DNA of 62,978 bases, the filler included. It is 7 parts of 7 records of this genome, joined end to end, with 100 filler letters (N's around TTAATTAATTAA, not from the genome) between each part and the next. Parts side by side here need not be neighbours in the genome. Positions count along the whole stretch, not along the records: positions 1 to 11,433 come from DRR723986_9413; 6 more parts are not named here. One strand, given 5' to 3'. The notes beneath the pieces are model-generated. The model did no database searches and had not been told where the DNA came from. It worked only from the letters and a program-made list of their open reading frames with translations. Made by a program: the position numbers and the translations under genes. How positions within the stretch are numbered: position 1 is the stretch's first letter; each line of letters opens with the position of its first letter. Shown here piece after piece: positions 1 to 9,557 of the stretch.

Positions 1-1
1 T

Positions 2-145
2 TGCTGCGATCCTTGCGGTGGACGCAAAGGTTTCTTCGCTAAGCTTCGTGAGCGATGTGCTGCACGCAAGGCTGCTTCTTGCTGCGACGTAGCTCCAAGC
101 TGCGGTTGCGAAATGCCAGTTGCAAGCTGCGGATGCGGCATGTAA
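2..145 (+). CDS. 3' end of a Cys-rich protein (partial, Planctomycete-type)
   Basis: Manual translation of frame 2: CCDPCGGRKGFFAKLRERCAARKAASCCDVAPSCGCEMPVASCGCGM*; followed by a terminator. Not in the ORF track because its start lies outside the window. Confidence 0.75.
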   Translation, partial: CCDPCGGRKGFFAKLRERCAARKAASCCDVAPSCGCEMPVASCGCGM

Positions 146-211
146 TCTGCCTCCGGCTGTAACGCTCGCTGGCCAAGTTAGCCTGTAGCTACAGTCGGAA
201 CCTGAAAGATC

Positions 212-250
212 AAAAGCGGTAGTTCACCCCCAGTGAGCTGCCGCTTTTTT
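212..250 (+). terminator. Rho-independent terminator (possibly bidirectional)
   Basis: AAAAGCGGTAGTTCAC-CCCCA-GTGAGCTGCCGCTTTTTT hairpin with G-U pairs and T tract. Confidence 0.8.
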
Positions 251-773
251 CGTTGCAACACTCAGTAAGCCTTGCCTCGGTAAAACCCCGTCTCAGTAAC
301 ACCCCGCCTCCGAACTACATTTCACCCCACCGCCTCACAATCGTCCGCTCACTACTTGCCACCTCTGCCTTTGGGGGGAGTCGTTCGCCGGCCCTGGAGC
401 GCCTGGAGAGGGCGTTGCATAGCACACAGCCGCACCGGCGTCTCGCGAAGTCAAACGAACCCCAGCCCGAGTCACTTTGCCCTTTGGGACAGGTCGGGTG
501 CCAGCCGTGAACCACGCCTCATCAACTCCGCGCGCCCTCGAAGTCTTGACAACGAGCGCAAAACCGAGGCACAAATCCCAACCGTGCGAAACTCTGACAC
601 CCGATTGGGGGATGGCTCTACGTTGAAAACGGGCGTCGCTGGCCCTACAATGACAGTCACTTCCGAGCGAAGCTGGCAAGTTTCGTCCCTCCTCTCGGTC
701 TCGCATTTCCGCTCACATGCGAATGCCGAATCACCCCCACAGGTTACCTTCTCCGATGAAAAAGACTCTCCCG

Positions 774-2090
774 ATGCACAACCAAGAAACCAATTCAGCG
801 GCCTCCACGTCTCCTGCCACCAGTCGCCGCGCGTTCGTGAAGACGTCGGCCATCGCGGCGGGCGGCGTGAGTATGGTTCACTCAAGTGTGAAGGCGGCAG
901 ACGACAATCGTGAACTACGGCTTGCACTGGTCGGCTGCGGTGGCCGAGGGAAGGGAGCAGTCAACGATACGCTCAGCATCAACGAAAATGTAAGAGTTGT
1001 TGCCCTAGCAGACCTTTACATGAAGAATTGCCAGGGAACCGTTCGAGCTCTTGGGAAGAAATACCCCGAGAAGATTGACGTGCAAGAAGACCGGATGTTC
1101 GACGGCCTGGATGGCTACAAACGGATCCTTGACGACAGTTCCATCGACGTCGTCATGTTTGCGACTTCGCCAGGCTTCCGCCCTCCTTACGTACTGGAGG
1201 CGGTTCAAGCTGGAAAACACGTCTTTGCGGAAAAACCAAGTTGCGTCGATCCAGCAGGCTACCGAAAAAATCTCGAAGCGCACGAACTGGCACTCAAGAG
1301 CAACACCGCGATCGTCACCGGTACGCAGTATCGCCGCCAGTTGAACTACAAAGAAGCGGTTGCCAAGATCCACGCGGGTGAGATTGGCGACATCATTGGT
1401 GCAACGACTCGATATTGCACTGGCCGCATCTGGCACCGCAACCGAGCCGAGGGCATGTCGGACACCGAATATCAGTTGTTCAACTGGATGCATCACGTGT
1501 GGTTGAGTGGTGATCATATCGCTGAACAGGCGGTTCACAACATTGATGCTATCAACTGGATCATGGGCGGCCCACCTGAGTCGGCCTACGGCAGCGGCGG
1601 GCGTCACCAGCGCCCCGATGGCAGCGAACTTTGGGATAGCTTTGCGATCGATTACATGTACCCGGGCAACCGACTCTGCTCATTCATGTGTCGGCAACTA
1701 GGCGGGACTGATTACGATAACGGCAATTGGGTCTACGGCAGCAAGGGCCGGATGTTCATTGGTGCAATCAATTCACCAGCGATCATGTACGACAAATCTG
1801 GCGAAAAGGTCTGGGAGGAAAAGGGCAATATTGGTGCCGCTTATCAACAAGAGCACAAGGACCTAATCGACTCAATTCGCGCTGGCGAACCAATCGTTGA
1901 ACTGAAGCAAACTGCCGAAAGCTCCTTAACTGCTGCGATGGGTCGCATGACGGCTTACACGGGCAAGAAAGTGACTTGGGACTTTGCCAGCAAGGATTCT
2001 GAGCTGGATCTGTTCCCGGCCGATATTGACTGGGATGCCGCTATGGAAGTTGCTCCAATCGCAGTTCCGGGCGAAACGAAACTTCTGTAG
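774..2090 (+). CDS. Gfo/Idh/MocA family oxidoreductase with Tat signal
   Basis: SRRAFVK twin-arginine motif, LVGCGGRG Rossmann motif, GKHVFAEKP motif. Start uncertain (717/756/774). Confidence 0.9.
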   Translation: MHNQETNSAASTSPATSRRAFVKTSAIAAGGVSMVHSSVKAADDNRELRLALVGCGGRGKGAVNDTLSINENVRVVALADLYMKNCQGTVRALGKKYPEKIDVQEDRMFDGLDGYKRILDDSSIDVVMFATSPGFRPPYVLEAVQAGKHVFAEKPSCVDPAGYRKNLEAHELALKSNTAIVTGTQYRRQLNYKEAVAKIHAGEIGDIIGATTRYCTGRIWHRNRAEGMSDTEYQLFNWMHHVWLSGDHIAEQAVHNIDAINWIMGGPPESAYGSGGRHQRPDGSELWDSFAIDYMYPGNRLCSFMCRQLGGTDYDNGNWVYGSKGRMFIGAINSPAIMYDKSGEKVWEEKGNIGAAYQQEHKDLIDSIRAGEPIVELKQTAESSLTAAMGRMTAYTGKKVTWDFASKDSELDLFPADIDWDAAMEVAPIAVPGETKLL

Positions 2091-2163
2091 TCTCGCGAGA
2101 CCGCATTGAAGCGTTTGAGCACTGAAGCTCTACGTAAGATCCTTACTCTGGAGATTGACGCCC

Positions 2164-3495
2164 ATGCCGACCTTCCTGCAAAACAAATCTCTGAGTCGGC
2201 GCACTCTCCTGCGAGGGCTCGGCGTTTCACTTGCACTACCGATGCTCGATGCAATGCGCCCGGCTGTCTCATTTGCTTCAGCCTCCGCCGAGGAACAATC
2301 CAAGCCGAGGCGGATGATCGGAATTTGCAACAACCTTGGATTGCTGCCCAAGAACTTCTTTCCGGAGTCACCGGCCGACGGCGCGAGCCCGTCCGAGTAC
2401 AAACTTTCGCCCTACTTGGAACTGCTGAAGAAACATCGCGACGACTTTACGGTGTTTAGTGGTGTTTGGCACCCGGACGTGGATGGCGGTCACCCAGCAG
2501 ACATCTGCTTTCTCACCGCCGCACCACATCCTGGATCGGGCGGATTCCGCAATACAATTTCGCTCGACCAGTTTATTGCGGAGCGCATCGGTCACCTGAC
2601 GCGTTTCCCGTCAATGACGCTAGGCGTAAACGTCAACCAAGGCCTGCGCAGTCTTTCCTGGACTGGTGCGGGCGTCTTGATCCCCTGCGAAGAGAGCCCA
2701 CGGAACGTTTATGAGCAGCTCTTCTTGCAGGGTTCCGCGAAGCAGATTGAACTGCAGAAGAAGAAGCTCGAAGTCGGCAAGAGCATTATGGATGCGGTTG
2801 CTGGCCAAACGAAAAGCTTGATGAAGGAGCTGGGGCCGAAAGACCGGCAGCGCGTCGACCAGTACTTGACCGGAGTTCGCGATCTGGAACAGCGGCTGGA
2901 CGCCGAGCACGCGTGGCAATCGATCCCCAAACCTAAGCCCAACAGCGAGCCGCCTCGCGATCCTTCCGACCCGAAGGAATACATGGCCAAGGTGAAACTA
3001 CTGTACGACATGTCTCGTGTCGCCCTGGAGACTGACTCTACGCGAGCGATCACACTGATGCTAGACAGTGTTAATTCCCCTGCAATTGATATCGACGGGA
3101 CGGACATTACCGACGGATATCACAATCTGTCTCATCACGGGAAGAACGAAAAGAAGATTGCCCAGTTGGAAGTCATTGATCGTGGGCACATGAAACTGCT
3201 TGACGAGTTATTCAGTTCGATGAAGAGTGTGCGGGAAGACGACGACACGCTACTCGATCGCACGACGATCATCTACGGCAGCAATCTAGGTGACGCAAAT
3301 ACTCACGTGACAACAAACATGCCCGTTCTGTGTGCTGGCGGTGGTTTCAAGCATGGTCAACACTTAGCCTTTGACCGCACGAACAACTACCCACTTCCGA
3401 ATCTGTTTGTATCCATGCTTCAGCGTATGGGAATGCCAGTAGATCAGTTTGCCACATCAACCGGCACCATGCGTGGCCTCGAATTTGCCTCGTAG
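2164..3495 (+). CDS. DUF1552 domain protein (Tat signal)
   Basis: [23 protein letters not shown]-terminus, [16 protein letters not shown] and C-terminal [10 protein letters not shown] typical of DUF1552; GGAG RBS upstream of ATG 2164. Confidence 0.88.
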   Translation: MPTFLQNKSLSRRTLLRGLGVSLALPMLDAMRPAVSFASASAEEQSKPRRMIGICNNLGLLPKNFFPESPADGASPSEYKLSPYLELLKKHRDDFTVFSGVWHPDVDGGHPADICFLTAAPHPGSGGFRNTISLDQFIAERIGHLTRFPSMTLGVNVNQGLRSLSWTGAGVLIPCEESPRNVYEQLFLQGSAKQIELQKKKLEVGKSIMDAVAGQTKSLMKELGPKDRQRVDQYLTGVRDLEQRLDAEHAWQSIPKPKPNSEPPRDPSDPKEYMAKVKLLYDMSRVALETDSTRAITLMLDSVNSPAIDIDGTDITDGYHNLSHHGKNEKKIAQLEVIDRGHMKLLDELFSSMKSVREDDDTLLDRTTIIYGSNLGDANTHVTTNMPVLCAGGGFKHGQHLAFDRTNNYPLPNLFVSMLQRMGMPVDQFATSTGTMRGLEFAS

Positions 3496-4256
3496 TCTCC
3501 CGCCGCCGAGTGTTTGGTCGCATCGAATACACCGGCTGCATCTCATCGATTGTTCGGGACGACTACCTAGTCGTTCTGGTTCGTCATGACTTCGAAGGGC
3601 GATAGGCAATTCCTCTGTCGTTCAATTGGTTCACACACGAGATGCCATCGACGCGTTTCCTGTGGTTCGCACACAAATTCGGCTCTGATCGAACTTGCTA
3701 CGAGCAGGGCTGCTCGGCTAGCAATTAGGTGCAAAACGCCAGCGCCCTTCGATGTAATCAGCGGAACGCAGCAGCGATCGTGAATTGCACCTCGCTCGGG
3801 CCCGACAAGACGCCAACCACGGCTCTGACTCTGACGCGGCTAACTTCGCTTCGCAGCTTGCGACTCCTGTTGGTACGCAAACTTCTGCCCCTCTGGGTTC
3901 CAACATGCTTACCTGATCCGAAAGCACTGCACTTTCAGGGGCCATGCCCCTGAGCCAAAAGAGTGGTCTCGGAGCTGGCCCAAATATTTGCCTACTCACG
4001 AGTCGGCTGCAACAAGGTGTGTTATACTCGAGCCGATAGTATTGCAGTCATGGAGATATGGGTGCAAGCACTTGATTGTAGACTTGGCTAAGGTCACTTT
4101 TTCGCGGTCTCATCCCTCACCTTCACCAAGGTACGAGTTGCAAAAGACTGCGTTCGCTGGATTGCTGTCGGCCTTTCGCCAGAGGCTTGCTGATTGCATC
4201 TCAGGTAGCGAAGTGCAACCTTAAGTTGGCCAAAAAGGAATAGAACGAGCAGGACA

Positions 4257-7217
4257 ATGAATCGAGCAAACAACTACCCAGGAAAACTGGCAATCACTCT
4301 ACTGGCGGTTGCCTGTGGCCTTTGTAGCACAGACTGCAAGGCTGATATAAAGACATTGAAAATGCCTGGCGCCTACGCTGGTTTCGCGTTCCAACCTGAG
4401 TCTGGCGATCTAGTTGCGCTCGACGGTAAAAATGGAAAGGCGGTGTACTTTCGTGGGAGCGATTTGAATAGCGGGAAAGCTGAACCGGCATCAAGTCTTC
4501 GTGTTGGTTCGCAGCCTGTGAGCGTGTTTTACAAGGACTACCAAAACGTCGGGTACTACGCGGTTGTGTGTTCGAGAGATTCACACATGTACTTGATCAA
4601 GTCCGATGACTTCAGCTTGGCGGCCAAGATCAAGCTCAACCAGGCTGGAGTAAGGCTGGTAACGGGATCGCAAAATAAAGATGACCCATTCCTGTACTAC
4701 TGCTTCGGCAATGGCCACGATTGCGCAACTGGTGCGGTAAGCCTTCGGGACTTCAAGAACAAAGGAGGCGTGTTCGACGATTCAATGGATTGTGCGATCT
4801 CGGCTCAAGGCAACATCGCTTACCGCCGTGGCCCGTTCTCGCCATCGGGCTTCGAATCGCTCATTCGTACGAATGAATTGGAGGCGGAAATTCCGAAATT
4901 TGACCGCCTTTTCTATGACCACGACTCTACGATGCAGTATGTTCCCGACCCATTCAATCGATTCACCGCCGCTGGTAGCGACGTTTACACACGCTCGCTT
5001 GAACAAAATGTTGCACTACTGGATTTCATTCCCCATCAATTCTTTCACGATCGACCGTTAATTATCGGAGTAAAGAAGCTGGACCCGGTTTATGCGATGC
5101 GGGATCCCAGTTCCAATGCGGTTCAACTGAGAGCCGGCTCCTACAACACGTTCAGCAGTATCGGGGATTGGGTCACTCTGCCTTCTGCTGATTCAAAGCC
5201 TGATGACAAAACGGGCCGCGGATTCCCGTCTAGCTGGACTAGGGAAAAAAGTTTATGGCTGTTTGCTGATGCGAAGCGTGACCAGGTAGTCGTTGCACTC
5301 AAGAGCCGAGTCCACTTGGTCCCACTTGCAGAGTTCAACCTTCCCGAAGAACCATTCTTATTTGCAGACTTGCACGGCGCAGACGACATTACTGTTGGCC
5401 GAGAGACAAAATTCAAATTGGTACCGCGTGACGAACGCGTCGAAGTACTGATTGAGGATCTTCCGGCGGGGATCAAACGCAACGGCTTGAATTTTTTTTG
5501 GACTCCCAGCATGGATTCTGTGGGATCGACCGATTTGTCAGTGACTCTGAAGCACGGAGAAATTCAACGCACTTTGAACTTCGATTTGCAAGTGAAGTAT
5601 CCAGGAGTAAAACTCCCGTTTGCCCCGAGCGACATTGCTGTTTCGACCAATGGCGAGCACGCTGTGATCTGGGAAGGCATCCCACCGGATAGATTCGGCA
5701 GGTCACGGCCTGTTCCCCAACAAGGTCCGCTCAAGATTGCCGTGGTTCAGTTGGAAAACGGGGACGTCAAAGCGGAACGTAAAATCGCTTCGCCAATTGA
5801 TAGCGCCATGTTGATCGGAAACAGTTGTCTCGTGTGGAACACCAAAGCTACACCCAAATTTGATGTTTTGAAGTTGGATAGCCTCGACCGTGCGGCGACA
5901 ATCGCAACTGCAGGACCAATCATACAGATCGAGAGCGCAGGTAAGCTCATACTGGTTCGGACGACAGAACAAATCGAAGCCTACGAAACACAACAATGGA
6001 AAAAAGTCCGCGTCTTCCAACCTGATTCCTTTGATCGCCGCATGCCCAATAGGAACGGAGAGATAAGTTTGGTTGGTCGTCACGGAATCTATCTGAAGAA
6101 CCTGCTCTACGATTTCGAGCTTAAGCCGAAGCTACTGCCCGACCGACGTGGACTCCCAACTCTCGCAGGTGCCACTTCAGGAGGCGATGCAGCCTTCTAC
6201 AAAGAATTCGAACAGAAGACTAACACTAGGGTGGAACGTTATAATCCGAGCGCAACCGAGACAGCCATAGTTGGGGCTTCTCCAATCCCTGGTTCAAGTG
6301 GTGATGTCCAGCTTGTTCGATCACTTAATACGATCAAAGTACCGGGATCCATGCACACCAACAGGAAGCATTATGAGTTGAGCGTTTCCTCGACGGGTGA
6401 CCGGCCCGGACGCCAAGTACTTCTACGCAAATCGATGCACGGGCATGCAAATTTAGGGATCCCATCAATCCGCCCGCGAGTCAAGGCTACAAACCGCACA
6501 GCCGTCGTCGTCCATGAAAACACTCTTTATCGTTGGCCAATTCCCGAACCCATCGAATCTCCACAGCAGTTGGATGGTGTATTTAGCTTCATACCGAAGC
6601 AGTCCGTTTTGGCGATTGATCCCCAAGGCACTACGCTACTTAAACACGCAACGACCGGCGGTCAGTCGCCCGTGAAGTACTCCATCCCTTCACCATATAG
6701 CGGCCTCAAAATTGACGAAAAATCCGGAACGATAACCGTCGACAATGCCAGCATGCTGAAGGAAGCCGAGAAAGCCCTTGAGAAGTCGATTCTTGATTCG
6801 AGACGCGGCAACTCGCTTGTTGATACGCTCAGAGATTGGGCAGGCCAGCGTATGGAAACTGCGGCTCTGATGCTGGGCCGACGTGCGAAAGGACTTCCGG
6901 TGGCGATTCCGATTCGGGTCAATGCCTCTGATGACAATCTCGCAAATGCCTCCCTTCAGTATTTTCTGATAGCGGAGGTGCCAGCACGCCAATTTATGTC
7001 CAAGATGCGAAAGCTGGACGAGGAGCGGGAAAAGATGCTGGAGCAGGGTCACCAGCGAAGACTAGCTGACGCACTGGCTAGGCCCCAAAACCCAAGCCAA
7101 TTCCAAGAAGCAGAAACAATCGAATTTCTGGCTCGAAAAGTGGCGGCCCTGGAAGATCGGATTGATCTGCTAACACGGCAGATGTCCCAATTGCTAGAAG
7201 AGCAGGAAAAACGATAG
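4257..7217 (+). CDS. Large secreted hypothetical protein (beta-rich, Ig/cadherin-like modules, C-terminal coiled coil)
   Basis: 986-aa ORF, AGGA upstream, hydrophobic signal peptide, LPAG...FFWTP and YSGLKIDEKSGTITV Ig-like motifs. Confidence 0.75.
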   Translation: MNRANNYPGKLAITLLAVACGLCSTDCKADIKTLKMPGAYAGFAFQPESGDLVALDGKNGKAVYFRGSDLNSGKAEPASSLRVGSQPVSVFYKDYQNVGYYAVVCSRDSHMYLIKSDDFSLAAKIKLNQAGVRLVTGSQNKDDPFLYYCFGNGHDCATGAVSLRDFKNKGGVFDDSMDCAISAQGNIAYRRGPFSPSGFESLIRTNELEAEIPKFDRLFYDHDSTMQYVPDPFNRFTAAGSDVYTRSLEQNVALLDFIPHQFFHDRPLIIGVKKLDPVYAMRDPSSNAVQLRAGSYNTFSSIGDWVTLPSADSKPDDKTGRGFPSSWTREKSLWLFADAKRDQVVVALKSRVHLVPLAEFNLPEEPFLFADLHGADDITVGRETKFKLVPRDERVEVLIEDLPAGIKRNGLNFFWTPSMDSVGSTDLSVTLKHGEIQRTLNFDLQVKYPGVKLPFAPSDIAVSTNGEHAVIWEGIPPDRFGRSRPVPQQGPLKIAVVQLENGDVKAERKIASPIDSAMLIGNSCLVWNTKATPKFDVLKLDSLDRAATIATAGPIIQIESAGKLILVRTTEQIEAYETQQWKKVRVFQPDSFDRRMPNRNGEISLVGRHGIYLKNLLYDFELKPKLLPDRRGLPTLAGATSGGDAAFYKEFEQKTNTRVERYNPSATETAIVGASPIPGSSGDVQLVRSLNTIKVPGSMHTNRKHYELSVSSTGDRPGRQVLLRKSMHGHANLGIPSIRPRVKATNRTAVVVHENTLYRWPIPEPIESPQQLDGVFSFIPKQSVLAIDPQGTTLLKHATTGGQSPVKYSIPSPYSGLKIDEKSGTITVDNASMLKEAEKALEKSILDSRRGNSLVDTLRDWAGQRMETAALMLGRRAKGLPVAIPIRVNASDDNLANASLQYFLIAEVPARQFMSKMRKLDEEREKMLEQGHQRRLADALARPQNPSQFQEAETIEFLARKVAALEDRIDLLTRQMSQLLEEQEKR

Positions 7218-7560
7218 TTCAGTACCCCGTTTTTGATGAAAGACGTTGATCGCCCGATCTTTCCTGGATGCTTCACATGGTTTGATCGGCGGTACTTCAA
7301 GCTACGATAGTGAATACGGATTTCCCATGAGTAACCCTGGACACAGGACTGACTGAGCTTGCACTAACAATGACAAGCAGTGTACTGACGAAAGAGAAGT
7401 TTCGTGAAACTTTTTCTCTGCAGTTTGGTCTTGATATTTTGCATCAACATGCTTGCGGTCGGTGCGATTTATATTCGTGAGGTCCCTTATGGCCCGAGGG
7501 CAATTCCCGGAGCTAGTCAAGACCATCTTGCCCTCGGCGAACGTTTGCTGCAGTGTCATG

Positions 7561-7602
7561 CTTTCACCAATGCGATACATCCTTTCACCAATGCGATACA
7601 TC
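7561..7602. repeat. Exact 21-bp tandem duplication
   Basis: CTTTCACCAATGCGATACATC x2. Confidence 0.9.
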
Positions 7603-7810
7603 GGAGGCCCTTTTCTGTCTGTCCTTTCCTGATCGTAACGGGGCTGAGAGATACGGGTTTACGGAGTCGGTTATCCGGCGGATCAGTGGTCTGACAGAAT
7701 CTTTTGGGCACAGCCGTAGACGCTGGAGTTGTGCAGAGTTTGCTGAAGCATCTAGAATGTCGCTTCGTAAACGAGTGGCGGCGGCGAGGCAAGGGATGGA
7801 AACGGCACTG

Positions 7811-8086
7811 ATGAGCTACGATGATTATGATGACGAAGAAGAGGATGGAGCAACGTTCCCTTGTCAGGAGTGTGGTGCGGATGTGTGGGTTGATGCAGAG
7901 ATTTGCTCTCGATGCGGCACTTACGTCACCGACGAAGACTGGGGAAACCACACCGCTAGCAGCCAGTCTCGGACTCCAGCTTGGATCAAGTTGACCGCGC
8001 TCGTATTGATCGGGCTGTTCATCCTGTCGGCCGTGGTGCCGCTGGTGAATTCGTTGACTCCGCCTCCAGTACCAGGTGGCGAATAG
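7811..8086 (+). CDS. Small zinc-ribbon protein with C-terminal membrane helix
   Basis: MSYDDYDDEEED acidic start, CQECG...CSRCG double CxxC, hydrophobic WIKLTALVLIGLFILSAVV. Start trimmed from ORF 7553. Confidence 0.75.
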   Translation: MSYDDYDDEEEDGATFPCQECGADVWVDAEICSRCGTYVTDEDWGNHTASSQSRTPAWIKLTALVLIGLFILSAVVPLVNSLTPPPVPGGE

Positions 8087-8142
8087 CATGCTTGCACCTA
8101 CAAAAACGGCTGGCATGTTGCAACAAGCAGGAGCGGCCGAGC

Positions 8143-8826
8143 GTGGGTAGCGGTACCTACTCTGGCAAACCGGAGGTTTTCCCGGCTGAGCCCGATTCAA
8201 CGTCGTGGCAGGATACTGATCCCGGGGCCTTGGAGTTGTTTATCGTTGAGGGGCGTTCGGCGGCACTCAGCATTGCTGCACTTCGGGAGCCGAGTTCTCA
8301 GGCCGTCATGGGGCTACAAGGAAAACCGATCAACGCACTTAAGGCGTCCGAGAAGCGCGTTTCCGCTCATCCGTTCTATGGCCTGCTTTCGCAGCAGATT
8401 GCCGGACCACACGCGACTGGCAAGCTGATCCTGCTATTCGATCCTGACGCGGATGGAATCCACTGTAGCGCTCTGCTGCTTGGGTTCTTGCTCAAGTGTC
8501 ATCGGCAAACGCTGGAACAAGGTCGAGTGTTCGCCGCTCGTGCACCGGTGCTGGAGGTCGTTGCGCGACGGGAGCACACTAAAGCCGGAGAACCTGCGCA
8601 GTGTGATGAAGTCTTCTACGCGTACGCAGATGGAAACACCAATCGTCTCTTGCGCGACGTTCGTTTGGCTGGCCTGGAAATTGTCAGTCGGAAATACTTC
8701 CGCGGCCTGGGTGGCATACCGCCCAAGATTCTCAGGACGCAGTGCGTTGATCCGCGAACACGCGACCTTGTGCCGATCACTATCGCGGAGGCCGAGACGG
8801 CAGCCAAGATTTTCCTAGGAGGCTAG
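8143..8826 (+). CDS. Stand-alone GyrB/ParE-type TOPRIM domain protein (no ATPase domain)
   Basis: ELFIVEGRSA, GLQGKPIN, DPDADGIH and YFRGLGG align to GyrB EGDSA, PLRGKILN, DADVDGSH and YKGLGEM motifs; AGGAG RBS 9 nt before GTG 8143. Confidence 0.85.
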   Translation: MGSGTYSGKPEVFPAEPDSTSWQDTDPGALELFIVEGRSAALSIAALREPSSQAVMGLQGKPINALKASEKRVSAHPFYGLLSQQIAGPHATGKLILLFDPDADGIHCSALLLGFLLKCHRQTLEQGRVFAARAPVLEVVARREHTKAGEPAQCDEVFYAYADGNTNRLLRDVRLAGLEIVSRKYFRGLGGIPPKILRTQCVDPRTRDLVPITIAEAETAAKIFLGG

Positions 8827-8858
8827 GCACTCAGCATTCACTAGTCGTCACTCATTCA

Positions 8859-9554
8859 CTAATCGTCGGCTCGGCTGAGGAGACGGCTGGCCGCGGCAAG
8901 TGAGTTTTCGCCAAGCTGTTCAATTTGGCTGTCGAGCCAAGCAGCGGCATGACCGTAGCGTCTGCCGGGTGTGAGGGCGAGGTCTCGGATCTGCGTCGGG
9001 TCCGGGCCTGTGAAGTTGCTGGCCAGTTGTGAGCTTTCCCGGCGTCCAGCATCAACGGCACTGCGGAGGCTTTCACTCAGCGCCATACTGGTTTTCGTCG
9101 CAACGGTACCAAACACCTCCTGCAGTGCGGCGTTGGTTGCAACAAGCGGCGCGAGATCCTCGGCAGAGGGCTTTCGAACCTCTTGAACGTCATCTCGCAT
9201 CGGCTCGGCTTGATCAGGAGCTTGGCCGCCGGCGACTTCTGGAGCTGAATCGCTAGGACTAAACAACCAAAATCCACCAACGAGCAAGAGTGCTGCGGTT
9301 GCTGCCAACACGACTCTCCTCGCCAGGATGCCACCGGAATGATTGTCGCCAAGTGAGCCCTTGCCACTGACAGGAGCGGCTAAACGATACGGCTGCACCT
9401 TCTCGGAGGTCGCATTGCGAATGATTTCATCTTGCAGAGCTTTTCCACGAGCCGACTCAAACTCAGCCGACCAACCACTTGCGTCGCTTCGCAGTTTTTC
9501 TGCGAGCTTGTCTTCGGAAAGCTTCTTTTCAGTACCGCCACTCATTTCGTTCAC
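8859..9554 (-). CDS. Putative single-pass membrane anti-sigma factor
   Basis: Starts 3 nt after the ECF sigma stop; short cytoplasmic N-terminus, one TM helix (VVLAATAALLLVGGFWLF). Confidence 0.65.
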   Translation of the reverse strand: MNEMSGGTEKKLSEDKLAEKLRSDASGWSAEFESARGKALQDEIIRNATSEKVQPYRLAAPVSGKGSLGDNHSGGILARRVVLAATAALLLVGGFWLFSPSDSAPEVAGGQAPDQAEPMRDDVQEVRKPSAEDLAPLVATNAALQEVFGTVATKTSMALSESLRSAVDAGRRESSQLASNFTGPDPTQIRDLALTPGRRYGHAAAWLDSQIEQLGENSLAAASRLLSRADD

Positions 9555-9557
9555 CGT

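Noticed and set aside
253-716. Several short overlapping ORFs upstream of the oxidoreductase
   Set aside because: No motifs, mutually overlapping, low-complexity translations; treated as intergenic.
3496-4256. Short ORFs or ncRNA in the long intergenic region
   Set aside because: No recognisable protein motif or RNA signature.
7302-7694. ORFs 7404-7694 (+) and 7302-7601 (-)
   Set aside because: Their repeated peptides come only from the 21-bp duplication; no other support.
7981-8826. Calling this ORF gyrB
   Set aside because: Lacks the ATPase and transducer domains, so it cannot be a canonical GyrB; reported as a stand-alone TOPRIM.
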